The notes beneath the pieces were generated by a model. It was not told the DNA's origin. It saw only the letters and a list, made by a program, of their open reading frames with translations, and did not search any database. Shown in pieces: positions 1 to 9,566 of a stretch of 64,000 nt of DNA (its first letter is position 1; each line of letters begins with the position of its first letter). Made by a program: the position numbers and the translations under genes. The DNA is from a virus: IMG/VR virus record IMGVR_UViG_3300036770_007174, positions 1 to 64,000 of that record. One strand, 5' to 3'.

Positions 1-524
1 CCGGGCTTCGCCGCCAGGGCGGCGCGCAGGCGCTCGATCGCCTCGGGCAGGCCATACTGGTTGTTGTCCCGGTCGTCCCACTCCTCCAGCACCGCCGCGG
101 CGGCGTCGCGCAGGCTGGCGCGCGGGGCGGGCTGGGGCGCGCCCTGGGCGGCTTCCAGGGCCTCTGCCACCGCTAGGGCCTCCGCCTGCACCGAAGCCGC
201 GTCGGGCGCCGTCGGCGCGTCGGAGGCGGGGGTGTCGGCCTCTGCGTCGCTGCCCGGTGGGTCCAGGTTCAGGGCGCGGAAGCCGTCGTTCGTGATCCGG
301 AGGGCGATGCTGCAGCGCAGGTCGGCGTCGCTCTCGTCCGTCCGCCAGGCCAAGGGGTGGTTGAGCTCGACCGCGTCTTCGATCAGCAGCCCCTGCTTGA
401 GCAGGCTGCGCACCACCGCGTTGCGCGCGGCGGCGGGGAGGTGGTTGGGCGGCTCGGCGAGGCGGTCGTCGCGGGTGGCGGCCTTGTTGAGCAGGACCAG
501 GGCGGTGTCGGAAAGCTTGGCCAT
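1..524 (-). CDS. DUF3489-type phage protein, 3' end runs off window
   Basis: Read manually: ATG at 524, MAKLSDTALVLLNKAATRDDRLAEPP...VVRSLLKQGLLIE...LRITNDGFRALNL, open to the window edge. N-terminus resembles DUF3489 proteins found upstream of terS in this prophage family. Absent from the ORF track because it is incomplete. Confidence 0.65.
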   Translation of the reverse strand, partial: MAKLSDTALVLLNKAATRDDRLAEPPNHLPAAARNAVVRSLLKQGLLIEDAVELNHPLAWRTDESDADLRCSIALRITNDGFRALNLDPPGSDAEADTPASDAPTAPDAASVQAEALAVAEALEAAQGAPQPAPRASLRDAAAAVLEEWDDRDNNQYGLPEAIERLRAALAAKP

Positions 525-623
525 CGGGGTGTCTCCCTCTCGCGCCCCTGACCACCAGGGGCTGCTACTGCCTGGAGCCCCGCCGGGCGGAACCCGGTCG
601 GGGCGGTGGCGGAGGGAGGCGCG

Positions 624-992
624 TCAGTCGGTGGTGTCGGCCTCGATCTCGGCGTGCAGGACGTAGCCGGTGAGGTAGGGGAGCCCGCGGGGGATGCCGG
701 TCTCGTGGGCGGTGCGGGCGCTAATGCGCCAGCCCATCCAGGTGGTCGCGGCGGCGTTGATGGCGGAGGCCAGTCCCTGGCCCGCCGCCAGGTGGTTGCT
801 GACCTCGTCCGCGAAGTGGCGGCCGTGGCGGCTGTCGAGGAAGGCGCGGGTGGCGTCGGGGCTGCAGCCGGTGATCCCGGCGATGAAGGCCAGGGCGATG
901 TCCCAGGCGCGCTCGGGGTCGGCGTGGTGGGAGATGGTGCCGAAAAAGCCCCACTCTCGGTTCTGGGTCTGCGGGATTCTGGTGTTGGCCAT
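624..992 (-). CDS. conserved hypothetical phage protein
   Basis: 122 aa with EWGFFGT and RAFLDSRHGRHFAD motifs; AGGAG upstream on the minus strand. Confidence 0.7.
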   Translation of the reverse strand: MANTRIPQTQNREWGFFGTISHHADPERAWDIALAFIAGITGCSPDATRAFLDSRHGRHFADEVSNHLAAGQGLASAINAAATTWMGWRISARTAHETGIPRGLPYLTGYVLHAEIEADTTD

Positions 993-1169
993 CTCTGCTG
1001 CTCCTGCCTGGCGGGGCCTGGTCCCCTGCGCGTGATGGACACTTCGCGCTGGGGCGGGACGGAGCCAACTCAGAATGAGCGCAGAATGATTGCTTTGTTC
1101 AGGCGCACTCGATCAGATCGTGAGGCTGCCCTCGGCCGGGCCTGAGCGCGCGGCGGGAGGGGGCCGTTC

Positions 1170-1709
1170 ATGCCGGAATTCACCCCTTCGACCCGGGAGC
1201 TTGCCCGCCGCATCGGCGTCACCGAGACCGCCCTGCGCAAGGCGGAAACCAAGGGCCGCATCGAGCGTGAGCCGGATGGCCAATGGAATATGGAGAAGAC
1301 CCGCCGCCGCATGATCGAGTCTGCCGACCCGGTGCGATCGCCGCTCGCCGGCGCCGTTGGTGCCGGGACGACGCAGGCCGGACTGTCCGGCGATGCCACG
1401 CCCTATGCCCGGCTCCGCGTCGCCCAGTTGGCACTCAAAGTCGAAGCCCAGCGCCTAGCGCTGGACGAGGAGAAGGGCCGGCTGCTCGATGCGGTGGCGG
1501 CCAATGCCGCGATCGACGAGATCGCCGGCGCCATGCGCGACGCGCTGCTGAACTGGCCCGCCCGGGTGTCCGGCCTGATCGCCGCCGACCTCGGGGTGGA
1601 GCCGCACCTGGTGCAGACAGTGCTGCAGCAGCACGTCGCCGATCTACTGACGGAGGCCGCAGATCGCTTCGATCCCCCAGGCCTCGGAAACCGCGGCGCG
1701 GACCGCTGA
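1170..1709 (+). CDS. terminase small subunit (Nu1-like)
   Basis: N-terminal HTH (STRELARRIGVTETALRKA), coiled coil, RDALLNWPARV motif; directly upstream of terL. Confidence 0.8.
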   Translation: MPEFTPSTRELARRIGVTETALRKAETKGRIEREPDGQWNMEKTRRRMIESADPVRSPLAGAVGAGTTQAGLSGDATPYARLRVAQLALKVEAQRLALDEEKGRLLDAVAANAAIDEIAGAMRDALLNWPARVSGLIAADLGVEPHLVQTVLQQHVADLLTEAADRFDPPGLGNRGADR

Positions 1710-1734
1710 GCATGTCCGCAGGCGCGCAGGCGCG

Positions 1735-3657
1735 ATGCTGCGTCCGCCGCCGCAGCTCACGGTCAGTGCCTGGGCCGACCAGCACCGGGTTCTGAGCACC
1801 CGCGCCTCGTCCGAACCGGGCCCGTGGCGCACATCGCGGACCCCATATCTGCGGGACATCATGGACGCACTGTCCGCGGTGCATCCCGCCCGGCGCGTGG
1901 TGTTCATGAAAGGTGCGCAGGTCGGCGCGAGCGAGGGGGGCAATTGTTGGTTGGGCTACATCATGCACCACGTGCCGGCGCCGGTGCTGGCAGTGCAGCC
2001 GACGGTGGAACTGGCCAAGCGCTTCAGCCGGCAGAGGATTGATCCCCTGCTGGAGGAGACGCCCGCCCTGCGCGAGCGGGTGGCGCCGGCGCGCGCCAGG
2101 GACAGCGGCAACACCATGCTGTCCAAGGAGTTTCCCGGCGGCATCCTGGTGCTGACCGGCGCCAACTCGGCGGTGGGGCTGCGCTCGATGACGGCGCGGT
2201 TCCTGTTCCTCGACGAAGTCGATGCCTATCCCGGCGACGTCGAGGGCGAGGGCGATCCGATTGCCCTGGCGGAGGCGCGGGCTCGCACCTTCGGCTGGCG
2301 GCGCAAGGCCTATCTGGTCTCGACGCCGACCATCGCGGGACGCAGCCGCATCGAGCGGGAGTACCTTGCGAGCGACCAGCGGCGGTTCTTCGTACCGTGC
2401 CCGCACTGCCAGGCGATGCAGTGGCTGCGGTTCGAGCAACTGATCTGGGAGAAGGGCAATCCGCCTTCGGTGGTCTACCACTGCGAGGCCTGTGATGCGG
2501 CGATCGGCGAGCACCACAAGACGGCAATGCTGTCCGGCGGGGAATGGCGAGCGACGGCCACATCGCAGGACCCGAACACGGTCGGGTTCCACATCTCGGC
2601 GCTCTACTCGCCGGTGGGCTGGCTGTCCTGGGAGCAGATTGCGCGCGATTGGGAGGCGGCACAGGGCAAGCCCGAGGACCTCAAGACCTTCCGCAACACG
2701 GTGCTCGGCGAGGTCTGGCAGGAACATGGCGAGGCGCCGGATTGGGAGCGGCTGGTCGAGCGGCGGGAGGACTTCGCCCTTGGCATCGTGCCCCAGGGTG
2801 TGCTGGCACTTACGGCCGGCGTCGACGTGCAGGACGACCGCATCGAGGTCGACGTTTGGGGTTGGGCCGAGGGATACACGTCCTGGCTCATCGATCATGT
2901 GGTGATCACTGGCAGCCCTCGGGAGCGGGAGCCGTGGGACGAGTTGGCGAAGCTGCTGGCCAGGGACTGGCCACGCGGTACTGCCGGCGCGATGCGCATC
3001 GCCAAGGTCTGCGTCGACACCGGTGGCCGGGACACGGCCTCGGTCTACGGCCACCTTCGGCATCTGCGGGATCCGCGAATCGCGCCAACCAAGGGCGTCG
3101 AGGGCTGGAACCGTGCACAGCCGGTGCAGGGGCCGACGCTGGTCGATGCCCTGGTCAATGGCCAGAAGCTGCGCCGCGGGTTGAAGCTGTGGACGGTGTC
3201 GGTCTCGACCTGGAAGGCGGACCTGTATCGCCGGCTCTGGCTGGGTCGCGGTGAGACAGAGGATTATCCGCAGGGCTGGGTGCATCTGCCGCGGACCATC
3301 GAGGTGGAGTGGGTGAAGCAGCTGGTCGCCGAGCAGTTGCGGACGACCAAGGACCGGCGAGGCTTTGCTCGGCAGGAATGGTCGAAGCTTAGGGAACGGA
3401 ACGAGGCACTGGACTGTGCCGTGTTGGCGCGCGCCGCGCTGTGGCTCCTGGGCGCCGATCGCTACGGGGAGCGGTTCTGGCAGCGGCTCCGGGAGGAACT
3501 GGCAGACGCGCCGATTGCCACCGCGGCTGCTGCCGCTAGCGAGGCAGCAGCACTCCTGGACCAGTCACACCCTCCGCCGCCCCCGCTGGCACCCAGCAAC
3601 TCGCCGACGATGCGACCGCGCAACTGGCTCGGTGCCCGCTCCGGCTGGCTGCGTTGA
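1735..3657 (+). CDS. terminase large subunit, lambda GpA family
   Basis: TPYLRDIMD, KGAQVGASE Walker-A-like, LFLDEVD Walker B, STPT, CPHC/CEAC, LTAGVDVQ nuclease Asp, RNEALDC. Confidence 0.95.
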   Translation: MLRPPPQLTVSAWADQHRVLSTRASSEPGPWRTSRTPYLRDIMDALSAVHPARRVVFMKGAQVGASEGGNCWLGYIMHHVPAPVLAVQPTVELAKRFSRQRIDPLLEETPALRERVAPARARDSGNTMLSKEFPGGILVLTGANSAVGLRSMTARFLFLDEVDAYPGDVEGEGDPIALAEARARTFGWRRKAYLVSTPTIAGRSRIEREYLASDQRRFFVPCPHCQAMQWLRFEQLIWEKGNPPSVVYHCEACDAAIGEHHKTAMLSGGEWRATATSQDPNTVGFHISALYSPVGWLSWEQIARDWEAAQGKPEDLKTFRNTVLGEVWQEHGEAPDWERLVERREDFALGIVPQGVLALTAGVDVQDDRIEVDVWGWAEGYTSWLIDHVVITGSPREREPWDELAKLLARDWPRGTAGAMRIAKVCVDTGGRDTASVYGHLRHLRDPRIAPTKGVEGWNRAQPVQGPTLVDALVNGQKLRRGLKLWTVSVSTWKADLYRRLWLGRGETEDYPQGWVHLPRTIEVEWVKQLVAEQLRTTKDRRGFARQEWSKLRERNEALDCAVLARAALWLLGADRYGERFWQRLREELADAPIATAAAAASEAAALLDQSHPPPPPLAPSNSPTMRPRNWLGARSGWLR

Positions 3658-3668
3658 GGAGCAACACG

Positions 3669-3902
3669 ATGAACCCCGATGCCCTGGCGTGGGCCATTGC
3701 CCAGCCGATCGGCAACCGCTGGCGCGGCCTCGCCGATGCATACACCGGCGGCACGACCCGCGTGACCTTCGAGGGCCGCACCGTGGAGTACCGCTCGCTC
3801 GCCGAGATAGGCCAGGCGCTGGCTGCCGGCTACGCGGCCGAGAACCCGGCGCAACGGCGCCCTTGCATCACCCTGGCCCGCTTCTCGCGCGACCCCAGCT
3901 GA
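3669..3902 (+). CDS. head-tail joining protein gpW-like
   Basis: GTTRVTFEGRTVEYRSLAEI motif; between terL and portal. Confidence 0.8.
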   Translation: MNPDALAWAIAQPIGNRWRGLADAYTGGTTRVTFEGRTVEYRSLAEIGQALAAGYAAENPAQRRPCITLARFSRDPS

Positions 3903-3919
3903 CCACAGGAGATCGACCA

Positions 3920-4099
3920 ATGTCCGAGGACGACGTCGCGCAAAAGCTCGCCGTCCACGAGGCGGTGTGCGCCGAACGGTGGAAGCAGGCCGAGGCACGT
4001 CTCAAGCGGATCGAACTCGTGCTGATCGCGATCGTCTTCCTGCTGCTGCTCGGCGAGGGCACGGCGCTGGAAGTCGTGAAGCGGCTGGTGGCGAAGTAG
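3920..4099 (+). CDS. small single-TM protein
   Basis: AGGAG RBS; MSEDDVAQKLAVHEAVCAERW...IELVLIAIVFLLLLG (coiled coil followed by one TM helix). Confidence 0.6.
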   Translation: MSEDDVAQKLAVHEAVCAERWKQAEARLKRIELVLIAIVFLLLLGEGTALEVVKRLVAK

Positions 4100-4115
4100 G
4101 ACGGGCAGAACAGCA

Positions 4116-5597
4116 ATGATCGCCAACCGCCTCCGCGACGCATGGCGCGCCCTGCGCGGCTATGCCGCGGCCCAGGACGCCCGAGCGTCCACTTGGGCGG
4201 CATCCGGTGGCAGCGCCAACAGCGAGGTGGCGAGCGCTTCGAGCACCATCACGCGCCGCGCCCGCGATGCCGTCCGGAATGATCCCTACGCCGCCCGTAT
4301 CATCGACCTATGGACCGGCAATGCCGTCGGCGCCGGGATCACCACGCGCTGGTCCGACAAGAAGCACGCCGATGCTTGGCGCCGCTGGGCGGAGAGCACG
4401 GCCTGTGACGCCGAGGGGCGGCTCGATCTTTATGGATTGCAGGCCCTGGTGATGCGCTCGGTGGTCGAGAGCGGCGAGTGCCTGGTGCGGCTGCTGACTA
4501 CCGAGCCGACGCCAACCAACCCGGTCGGCCTGCGGTTGCAGGTGCTGGAGAGCGACCATCTCGACGCCAGCCGCACTGGCACGATCGGCGGCACCATCAC
4601 CGTGCAGGGCATCACGCTCGACGCCACGGGTGCAGCCGCGGCCTATTGGCTGTTCCCACAGCACCCTGGTACTGCCTGGTATCTGCCGAGCAGCAACCAG
4701 TCCAGCGTGCCGGTCCCGGCCGCCGAGGTGCTGCACATCTATCGCAAGCGCCGGCCTGGCCAGCTGCGCGACGTGTCCTGGCTGGCGCCAATCCTGCTCC
4801 GCCTGCGCGACCTTGGCGACTACGAGGCGGCTCTGCTGATGAAGGCCAAGATCGAGGCGTGCCTGGCCGCGGTCGTCACCGAGGAGGGCGACGAGGTGCT
4901 GACTGGGCCAGCCGTAGGTCTGCTGCGGGATGCGCAGGGACGGCCGGTGGAAGCCTTCGAGCCGGGGATGATCCTGTATCGGCGCGGGGCCGGGTCGGTT
5001 GAGGTGGTGAACCCCTCGGGCGGCGGCAGCCACACCGCCTTCGCCCGGCGCGCGCTGGAAGCAGCGTCCGTTGGCGCCGGCCTCACCTATGACCAGGTGT
5101 CTGGCGATCTGACCCAGGCGAACTACTCCAGCCTGCGAGCGGGCAAGATCGAGTTCCGCCGGCTGTGCGAGCAGGTGCAGTACGGCATGCTGATCCCGAT
5201 GCTGGTGCGCCCCATCGCCGACCGTTTTCACCAGCAGGGCGCACTGCTGGGCCTGTGGGGAGCAGAGATCCCGGCCGACGTGGCGCATGTCCCGCCGGCA
5301 CACGAAATGATCGACCCACTGAAGGACACCACCGCCCTGATCGCCCAGGTGCGCGCGGGCTTCGTGCCGCAACCCGAGGCGGTGGGCTCCTTCGGCTACG
5401 ACTTCCGTCAGGCGGTGGAGATGATCCGCGAGGCCAACGCCCTGCTCGACGATGCCGGCATCTCGCTCGACAGCGACCCGCGTCGCGTCGCCAAGTCGGG
5501 CTCGGCGCAGGACGCAGCGCAGATGGCGGCCATCGAGATAGCCGCGACGGGAGCCGCGATGCCGGAGCGGCCCCAGGACCAGCAACCGCAAGGCTGA
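4116..5597 (+). CDS. portal protein, lambda family
   Basis: RARDAVRND, ESGECLVR, RPGQLRDVSWLAP, GDLTQANYSSLRAG, IDPLKD. Confidence 0.95.
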   Translation: MIANRLRDAWRALRGYAAAQDARASTWAASGGSANSEVASASSTITRRARDAVRNDPYAARIIDLWTGNAVGAGITTRWSDKKHADAWRRWAESTACDAEGRLDLYGLQALVMRSVVESGECLVRLLTTEPTPTNPVGLRLQVLESDHLDASRTGTIGGTITVQGITLDATGAAAAYWLFPQHPGTAWYLPSSNQSSVPVPAAEVLHIYRKRRPGQLRDVSWLAPILLRLRDLGDYEAALLMKAKIEACLAAVVTEEGDEVLTGPAVGLLRDAQGRPVEAFEPGMILYRRGAGSVEVVNPSGGGSHTAFARRALEAASVGAGLTYDQVSGDLTQANYSSLRAGKIEFRRLCEQVQYGMLIPMLVRPIADRFHQQGALLGLWGAEIPADVAHVPPAHEMIDPLKDTTALIAQVRAGFVPQPEAVGSFGYDFRQAVEMIREANALLDDAGISLDSDPRRVAKSGSAQDAAQMAAIEIAATGAAMPERPQDQQPQG

Positions 5598-5601
5598 AAC
5601 C

Positions 5602-7677
5602 ATGACCGAACCTACCGATCCGGGCGGGAGCGATCCCGCGTTGGCGCCGATGCATGCCGATCGACTTCCCACCGGTGGGCATTCGATCACCGCAGCACGT
5701 GCGCTCTCGGCGCCCGTCACGGTCGACCGATCCGCCCGCACGGTGGAGGTGGTGTGGTCCACCGGCGCCCGTGCCCGCAACTACGTGCCGCCCCTCGGCC
5801 TGATCACCGAGGAACTCGACATGTCGCCCAATGCAGTGCGGATGCAGGGTTTGGTGGGCGGTGGCGCCCCGGTGCTCAACACCCATCGCAGCGGCGATGC
5901 CCGCGATGTCGTTGGCCGGGTCATCGCTGCCCGCCTCGAATCCGGCCGCGGCATCGCCACCCTGCAATTCTCGTCCGCCGCCGATGTCGAGCCGCTCTGG
6001 CAGCGCATCGCCGACGGCACGCTGCGCAGCGTCAGCGTCGGATACCGGGTGCATCGCTACCAGCCGATCCCCGATCCCATCGCCGGCACTGTGCACCGAG
6101 CGGTGGATTGGGAGCCCTACGAGATCTCCGTCGTCCCACTGCCGGTCGATCCCGCCGCCGCCGTGCGCGGTGCCAATGACGCCCCGCCCGCGCCGGCCGT
6201 CGAGCCGCCCATCCCTGATTCTATCCTCACCCAGGAGCCCGCCATGCCGGATCCGGCAGACATCACCACGACCACGCCCGCCACCCCCGAGGCGCCCACC
6301 ATGCCTGCACCCGCCGCGTCGCCGGCACCGCCCGCGTCCGTCCCCGACCTCGACGCCGTGCGCGCCGATGCCGAGCGCGCAGCGGTGGAACGCATCACCA
6401 GCTACGAGACCGTCCTCGCCGCCGCCCGTGGCCTGATGCCCGACGAGCAGATCGATGCCCAGCGCCAGGCCGCCATCCGTGAGCGCGTCTCGGCCGATGT
6501 GCTGCGGGGCCGGCTCTGGGATGCCTTCGCGCGGCAGGGACGCGCGGCCCCGCCGACGCTGCCCGCCAACCCGGCTGCCGGTCCGGCTGCCCAGGACCCG
6601 GAGATCGTCCGCGACGCCATGGCCGAGGCGCTGGCCGTGCGCGCCATGCCCGGCTACCAGCCGACCGGTGCCGCCGCCACACGCCACACCGAGTTCCTCG
6701 GCTGGCGTCCCTCGGACATGATGCGGGAACTGCTGACGTTGCGCGGCGAGCGCCAGGTTCCGCGCGATCCCGTCCGCCTCGCCGAGCGTGCCTTCAACAC
6801 CACCAGCGACTTCCCGGCCCTGCTCTCGGCCGCGGCCAACAAGATGCTTCTCGCCGCCTACGCGCCGGCCGCACCTACCTACCGCCAGGTCTTCCTGCGC
6901 CGCGACTTCCGCGACTTCAAGCCGCACCGCCACCTGCGCATCGGCGACTTCCCGGTGCTCCAGCCGCTGCTGGAGAACGGCGAGATCCAGGCTGGCACCA
7001 TGTCCGAGAGCCAGGAGATCGTCCTGCTACAGACCTTCGCCCGGCGCATCCGCGTGACCCGGCAGATGCTGGTGAACGACGACCTCGGCGCCTTCACCGA
7101 CTTCGCCGCGATGATCGGCCGCCGCGTCGCCGACTTCGAGAATGCCACCGCCTATGGGCTGATGAACCTGGCCAATGGTGACGGCCCGACCCTGCTGACC
7201 GGCAATGCCCCGGTGTTCGCCACCGCGGCAGCGCGGGCCAACAAGGCGGCCTCCGGCACGGCGCTGGATGAGACCAATATCGGCAAGGGGCGCGAGGCGA
7301 TCATGAAGCAGCGCTCGCTCGACGGGCTGCCGATCGCGCTCGGCCGCAGCATGCGCGTGCTGGTCGGTCCTTCGCTGGAACTCTCCGCCCTGAAACTCAC
7401 GGCGGCGATCACCCCGGGCAGTTCGGGCAACGTGAACCCCTATGTCGGGCTGCTGCAGCCGGTGGTCGAGCCGCTGATCCCGGCCAACCGCTGGTATCTG
7501 TTCGCCGAGCCGCCGACGACACCGGTCTATGTCTACGGCTACCTCAATGGCGCCGAGGGGCCGCAGGTCACCACGGGCCCAGTGTCCGGGGTCGACGGCG
7601 TCGAGGTGTCGGTGATCTTCGACTTTGGCGTCGGCGCCATCGACTGGCGCGGTGCCTGGTTCAACCCGGGAACCTGA
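5602..7677 (+). CDS. prohead protease / major capsid fusion protein
   Basis: N-terminal HK97-type protease (LNTH, RSVSVGY, WEPYEISVVPLPVD), Pro/Ala linker, capsid domain (TTSDFPALL, DFKP, TRQMLVNDDLGAF, DFGVGAIDWRG). Confidence 0.92.
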   Translation: MTEPTDPGGSDPALAPMHADRLPTGGHSITAARALSAPVTVDRSARTVEVVWSTGARARNYVPPLGLITEELDMSPNAVRMQGLVGGGAPVLNTHRSGDARDVVGRVIAARLESGRGIATLQFSSAADVEPLWQRIADGTLRSVSVGYRVHRYQPIPDPIAGTVHRAVDWEPYEISVVPLPVDPAAAVRGANDAPPAPAVEPPIPDSILTQEPAMPDPADITTTTPATPEAPTMPAPAASPAPPASVPDLDAVRADAERAAVERITSYETVLAAARGLMPDEQIDAQRQAAIRERVSADVLRGRLWDAFARQGRAAPPTLPANPAAGPAAQDPEIVRDAMAEALAVRAMPGYQPTGAAATRHTEFLGWRPSDMMRELLTLRGERQVPRDPVRLAERAFNTTSDFPALLSAAANKMLLAAYAPAAPTYRQVFLRRDFRDFKPHRHLRIGDFPVLQPLLENGEIQAGTMSESQEIVLLQTFARRIRVTRQMLVNDDLGAFTDFAAMIGRRVADFENATAYGLMNLANGDGPTLLTGNAPVFATAAARANKAASGTALDETNIGKGREAIMKQRSLDGLPIALGRSMRVLVGPSLELSALKLTAAITPGSSGNVNPYVGLLQPVVEPLIPANRWYLFAEPPTTPVYVYGYLNGAEGPQVTTGPVSGVDGVEVSVIFDFGVGAIDWRGAWFNPGT

Positions 7678-7731
7678 TGCCGGGCTGATCCAGCCCGCCT
7701 GATCCTTCTCTCCATCCTCATCGTCTCGCGA

Positions 7732-7764
7732 ACGGGCGGCCTTCGGGTCGCCCGTCGCGTTTCT
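7732..7764 (+). terminator. hairpin / probable terminator or attenuator after capsid gene
   Basis: ACGGGCGGCC-TTCG-GGTCGCCCGT stem-loop followed by a short T run. Confidence 0.55.
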
Positions 7765-7777
7765 GGAGCTCCACAGC

Positions 7778-8119
7778 ATGAAGAACTTCGTCCAGCCGGG
7801 CCTCTCGGTTCCGCTGCCCATGCCCTACGACCGCACCTCCGGCCAGGGCGTGCTGGTCGGCGCTCTTTTCGGTGTCGTCGCCGTCGATGCGCTCTCCGGC
7901 GTATCCGCCGAGGTGGCGGTGAACGGCGTGTTCGACATCACCAAGGAGGCGCCGCTGGTGATCGCGGTCGGTGCACGGGTGTTCTGGGACAACACCAACA
8001 AACGGGTCACCACCACCGCCACCGGCAACGTCGCCATCGGCCATGCCGTCGTGGCCGCAGCCTCCGCCGACACCACGGTCCGGGTCCGTCTCTCCGGCTC
8101 CACTGCGGCCGGCACCTGA
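7778..8119 (+). CDS. DUF2190 capsid cement/decoration protein
   Basis: MKNFVQPG...SGQGVLVGALFGVVAVDA...GVFDITK...VFWD; follows the capsid gene. Confidence 0.85.
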   Translation: MKNFVQPGLSVPLPMPYDRTSGQGVLVGALFGVVAVDALSGVSAEVAVNGVFDITKEAPLVIAVGARVFWDNTNKRVTTTATGNVAIGHAVVAAASADTTVRVRLSGSTAAGT

Positions 8120-8145
8120 TGCCGCTTCACCCCAGGAACCCCGCC

Positions 8146-8322
8146 ATGACCTATCTGATCGCCCGCTTCCGCGAGGCCAGCACCTATGGTGCGCTCACCG
8201 GCGTGCTGGCCGCCCTCGGCCTGCATCTCGATCCCGGCGTGATGCAGAACATCACCCTGATCGGAACCGGCATCGCCGGTCTTCTTGGCGTCCTGCTTCG
8301 CGACCGGGGCGCCAGCGCATGA
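8146..8322 (+). CDS. putative holin
   Basis: 58 aa, REASTY motif plus two hydrophobic segments; overlaps endolysin start. Confidence 0.65.
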   Translation: MTYLIARFREASTYGALTGVLAALGLHLDPGVMQNITLIGTGIAGLLGVLLRDRGASA

Positions 8323-8699
8323 TGACGCCGCGCGACAAGGCCCGGCTCGCCGGCGTGCACCCCGATCTGGTGGCGGTGGTCGAGGCGGCACGGCAGCAAG
8401 TGCCCTTCATCGTGGTGGAGGGGATGCGCACCCGCGAGCGCCAGGCGCAGCTGGTCAAGTCCGGCGCCAGCCGCACCATGGACAGCCGGCACTTGACCGG
8501 CCACGCCGTCGATCTCGCCCCGACCGTCGATGGCGAGGTGCGGTGGGATTGGCCGCTGTTTTACCCGATGGCCAAGGCGGTGAAGGACGCGGCGAAGGCC
8601 CGTGGCGTTGCCTTGGTCTGGGGCGGCGACTGGCCCCGCTTCCGCGACGGCCCGCACTTCGAGCTCAACCGCGATGCCTATCCGGCGGGGACCGTCTGA
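8319..8699 (+). CDS. endolysin, M15 family peptidase
   Basis: LAGVHPDLV, EGMRTRERQ, SRHLTGHAVD, WGGDW, DGPHFEL zinc-peptidase motifs. Confidence 0.9.
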   Translation: MMTPRDKARLAGVHPDLVAVVEAARQQVPFIVVEGMRTRERQAQLVKSGASRTMDSRHLTGHAVDLAPTVDGEVRWDWPLFYPMAKAVKDAAKARGVALVWGGDWPRFRDGPHFELNRDAYPAGTV

Positions 8700-9016
8700 T
8701 GTCGGCCTTCGCCGCGGCACTGGCCGCTGTGCATGCCGACACGAACATCGGCACCCCTGCTGATTTCCGCCGGCCACCCGGTCCATGGGTGCCAGCCCGG
8801 ATGGTGCTGTCCAGGCCGACCGACACCATCGGCGGGCTGGCCGGCCTCGGCACCCGGGCTGGCAGCCTGACCGCTACCATCCTCGCCGGGGACATCGCGC
8901 CGTTGGAGCCGCAGCGCGGCGACGAGGTGCGGATTGGCACCGCAGTGCACCGCGTCGAGGACGCCGAGCGCGATCCTCTCGGCCTGTCCTGGCGCCTGAT
9001 CCTAGCGGAGACCTGA
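8699..9016 (+). CDS. head-tail joining/closure protein
   Basis: 105 aa, PQRGDEVRIG...RDPLGLSWRL; TGATG coupling to the previous gene; position. Confidence 0.7.
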   Translation: MSAFAAALAAVHADTNIGTPADFRRPPGPWVPARMVLSRPTDTIGGLAGLGTRAGSLTATILAGDIAPLEPQRGDEVRIGTAVHRVEDAERDPLGLSWRLILAET

Positions 9017-9018
9017 CC

Positions 9019-9471
9019 ATGCCGATACCGATCCGCGAGGCCGCACTGGCGGCGATCGCCGAACGCCTGACCGCCGAACTGCCTGGCGTCGTGCTGGAAC
9101 GTGCGCGCCGTGCCCCGGTGGACACCAACAAGGAGCCGCTACCGTGCCTGGTGCTCACCGGCACCGATTGGGAGGCGGACGAGACCGCCGAACCCGGCAG
9201 CACCCACTACGGCCTCGGCTTCGCCGTGGCCGGCTACGTACGGGACGCGACGGACCTCGGCGTGGAGCAGGGACTGTCGGATCTGCACGCCTCGCTGATC
9301 GCCGCCCTCGCCGGCTGGACGCCTGCCCTTGATGGCCTCGGCGAGGTCTCCGAGCAGGGTGCCGAGTTCCGGCTCTACGACACCGACGAGAGCGCCAAGC
9401 CTGCCGGCGAGGTCCTGGCCCGCTTCACCATGCTCGCCATCGCGCCGCTGGGCTCTCCCTACCTCCCCTGA
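9019..9471 (+). CDS. tail terminator-like protein
   Basis: IREAALAAIAERL N-terminus, 150 aa, precedes tail tube. Confidence 0.65.
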   Translation: MPIPIREAALAAIAERLTAELPGVVLERARRAPVDTNKEPLPCLVLTGTDWEADETAEPGSTHYGLGFAVAGYVRDATDLGVEQGLSDLHASLIAALAGWTPALDGLGEVSEQGAEFRLYDTDESAKPAGEVLARFTMLAIAPLGSPYLP

Positions 9472-9566
9472 GCCGCGGCTCTCCCATAACAACCGGCGAT
9501 GCCCGCTCTCACTGGTGCAAGTGCACCAGCTGCCGCGGGCTTGCCGAAACCTGAAAGGTTTCGTCA

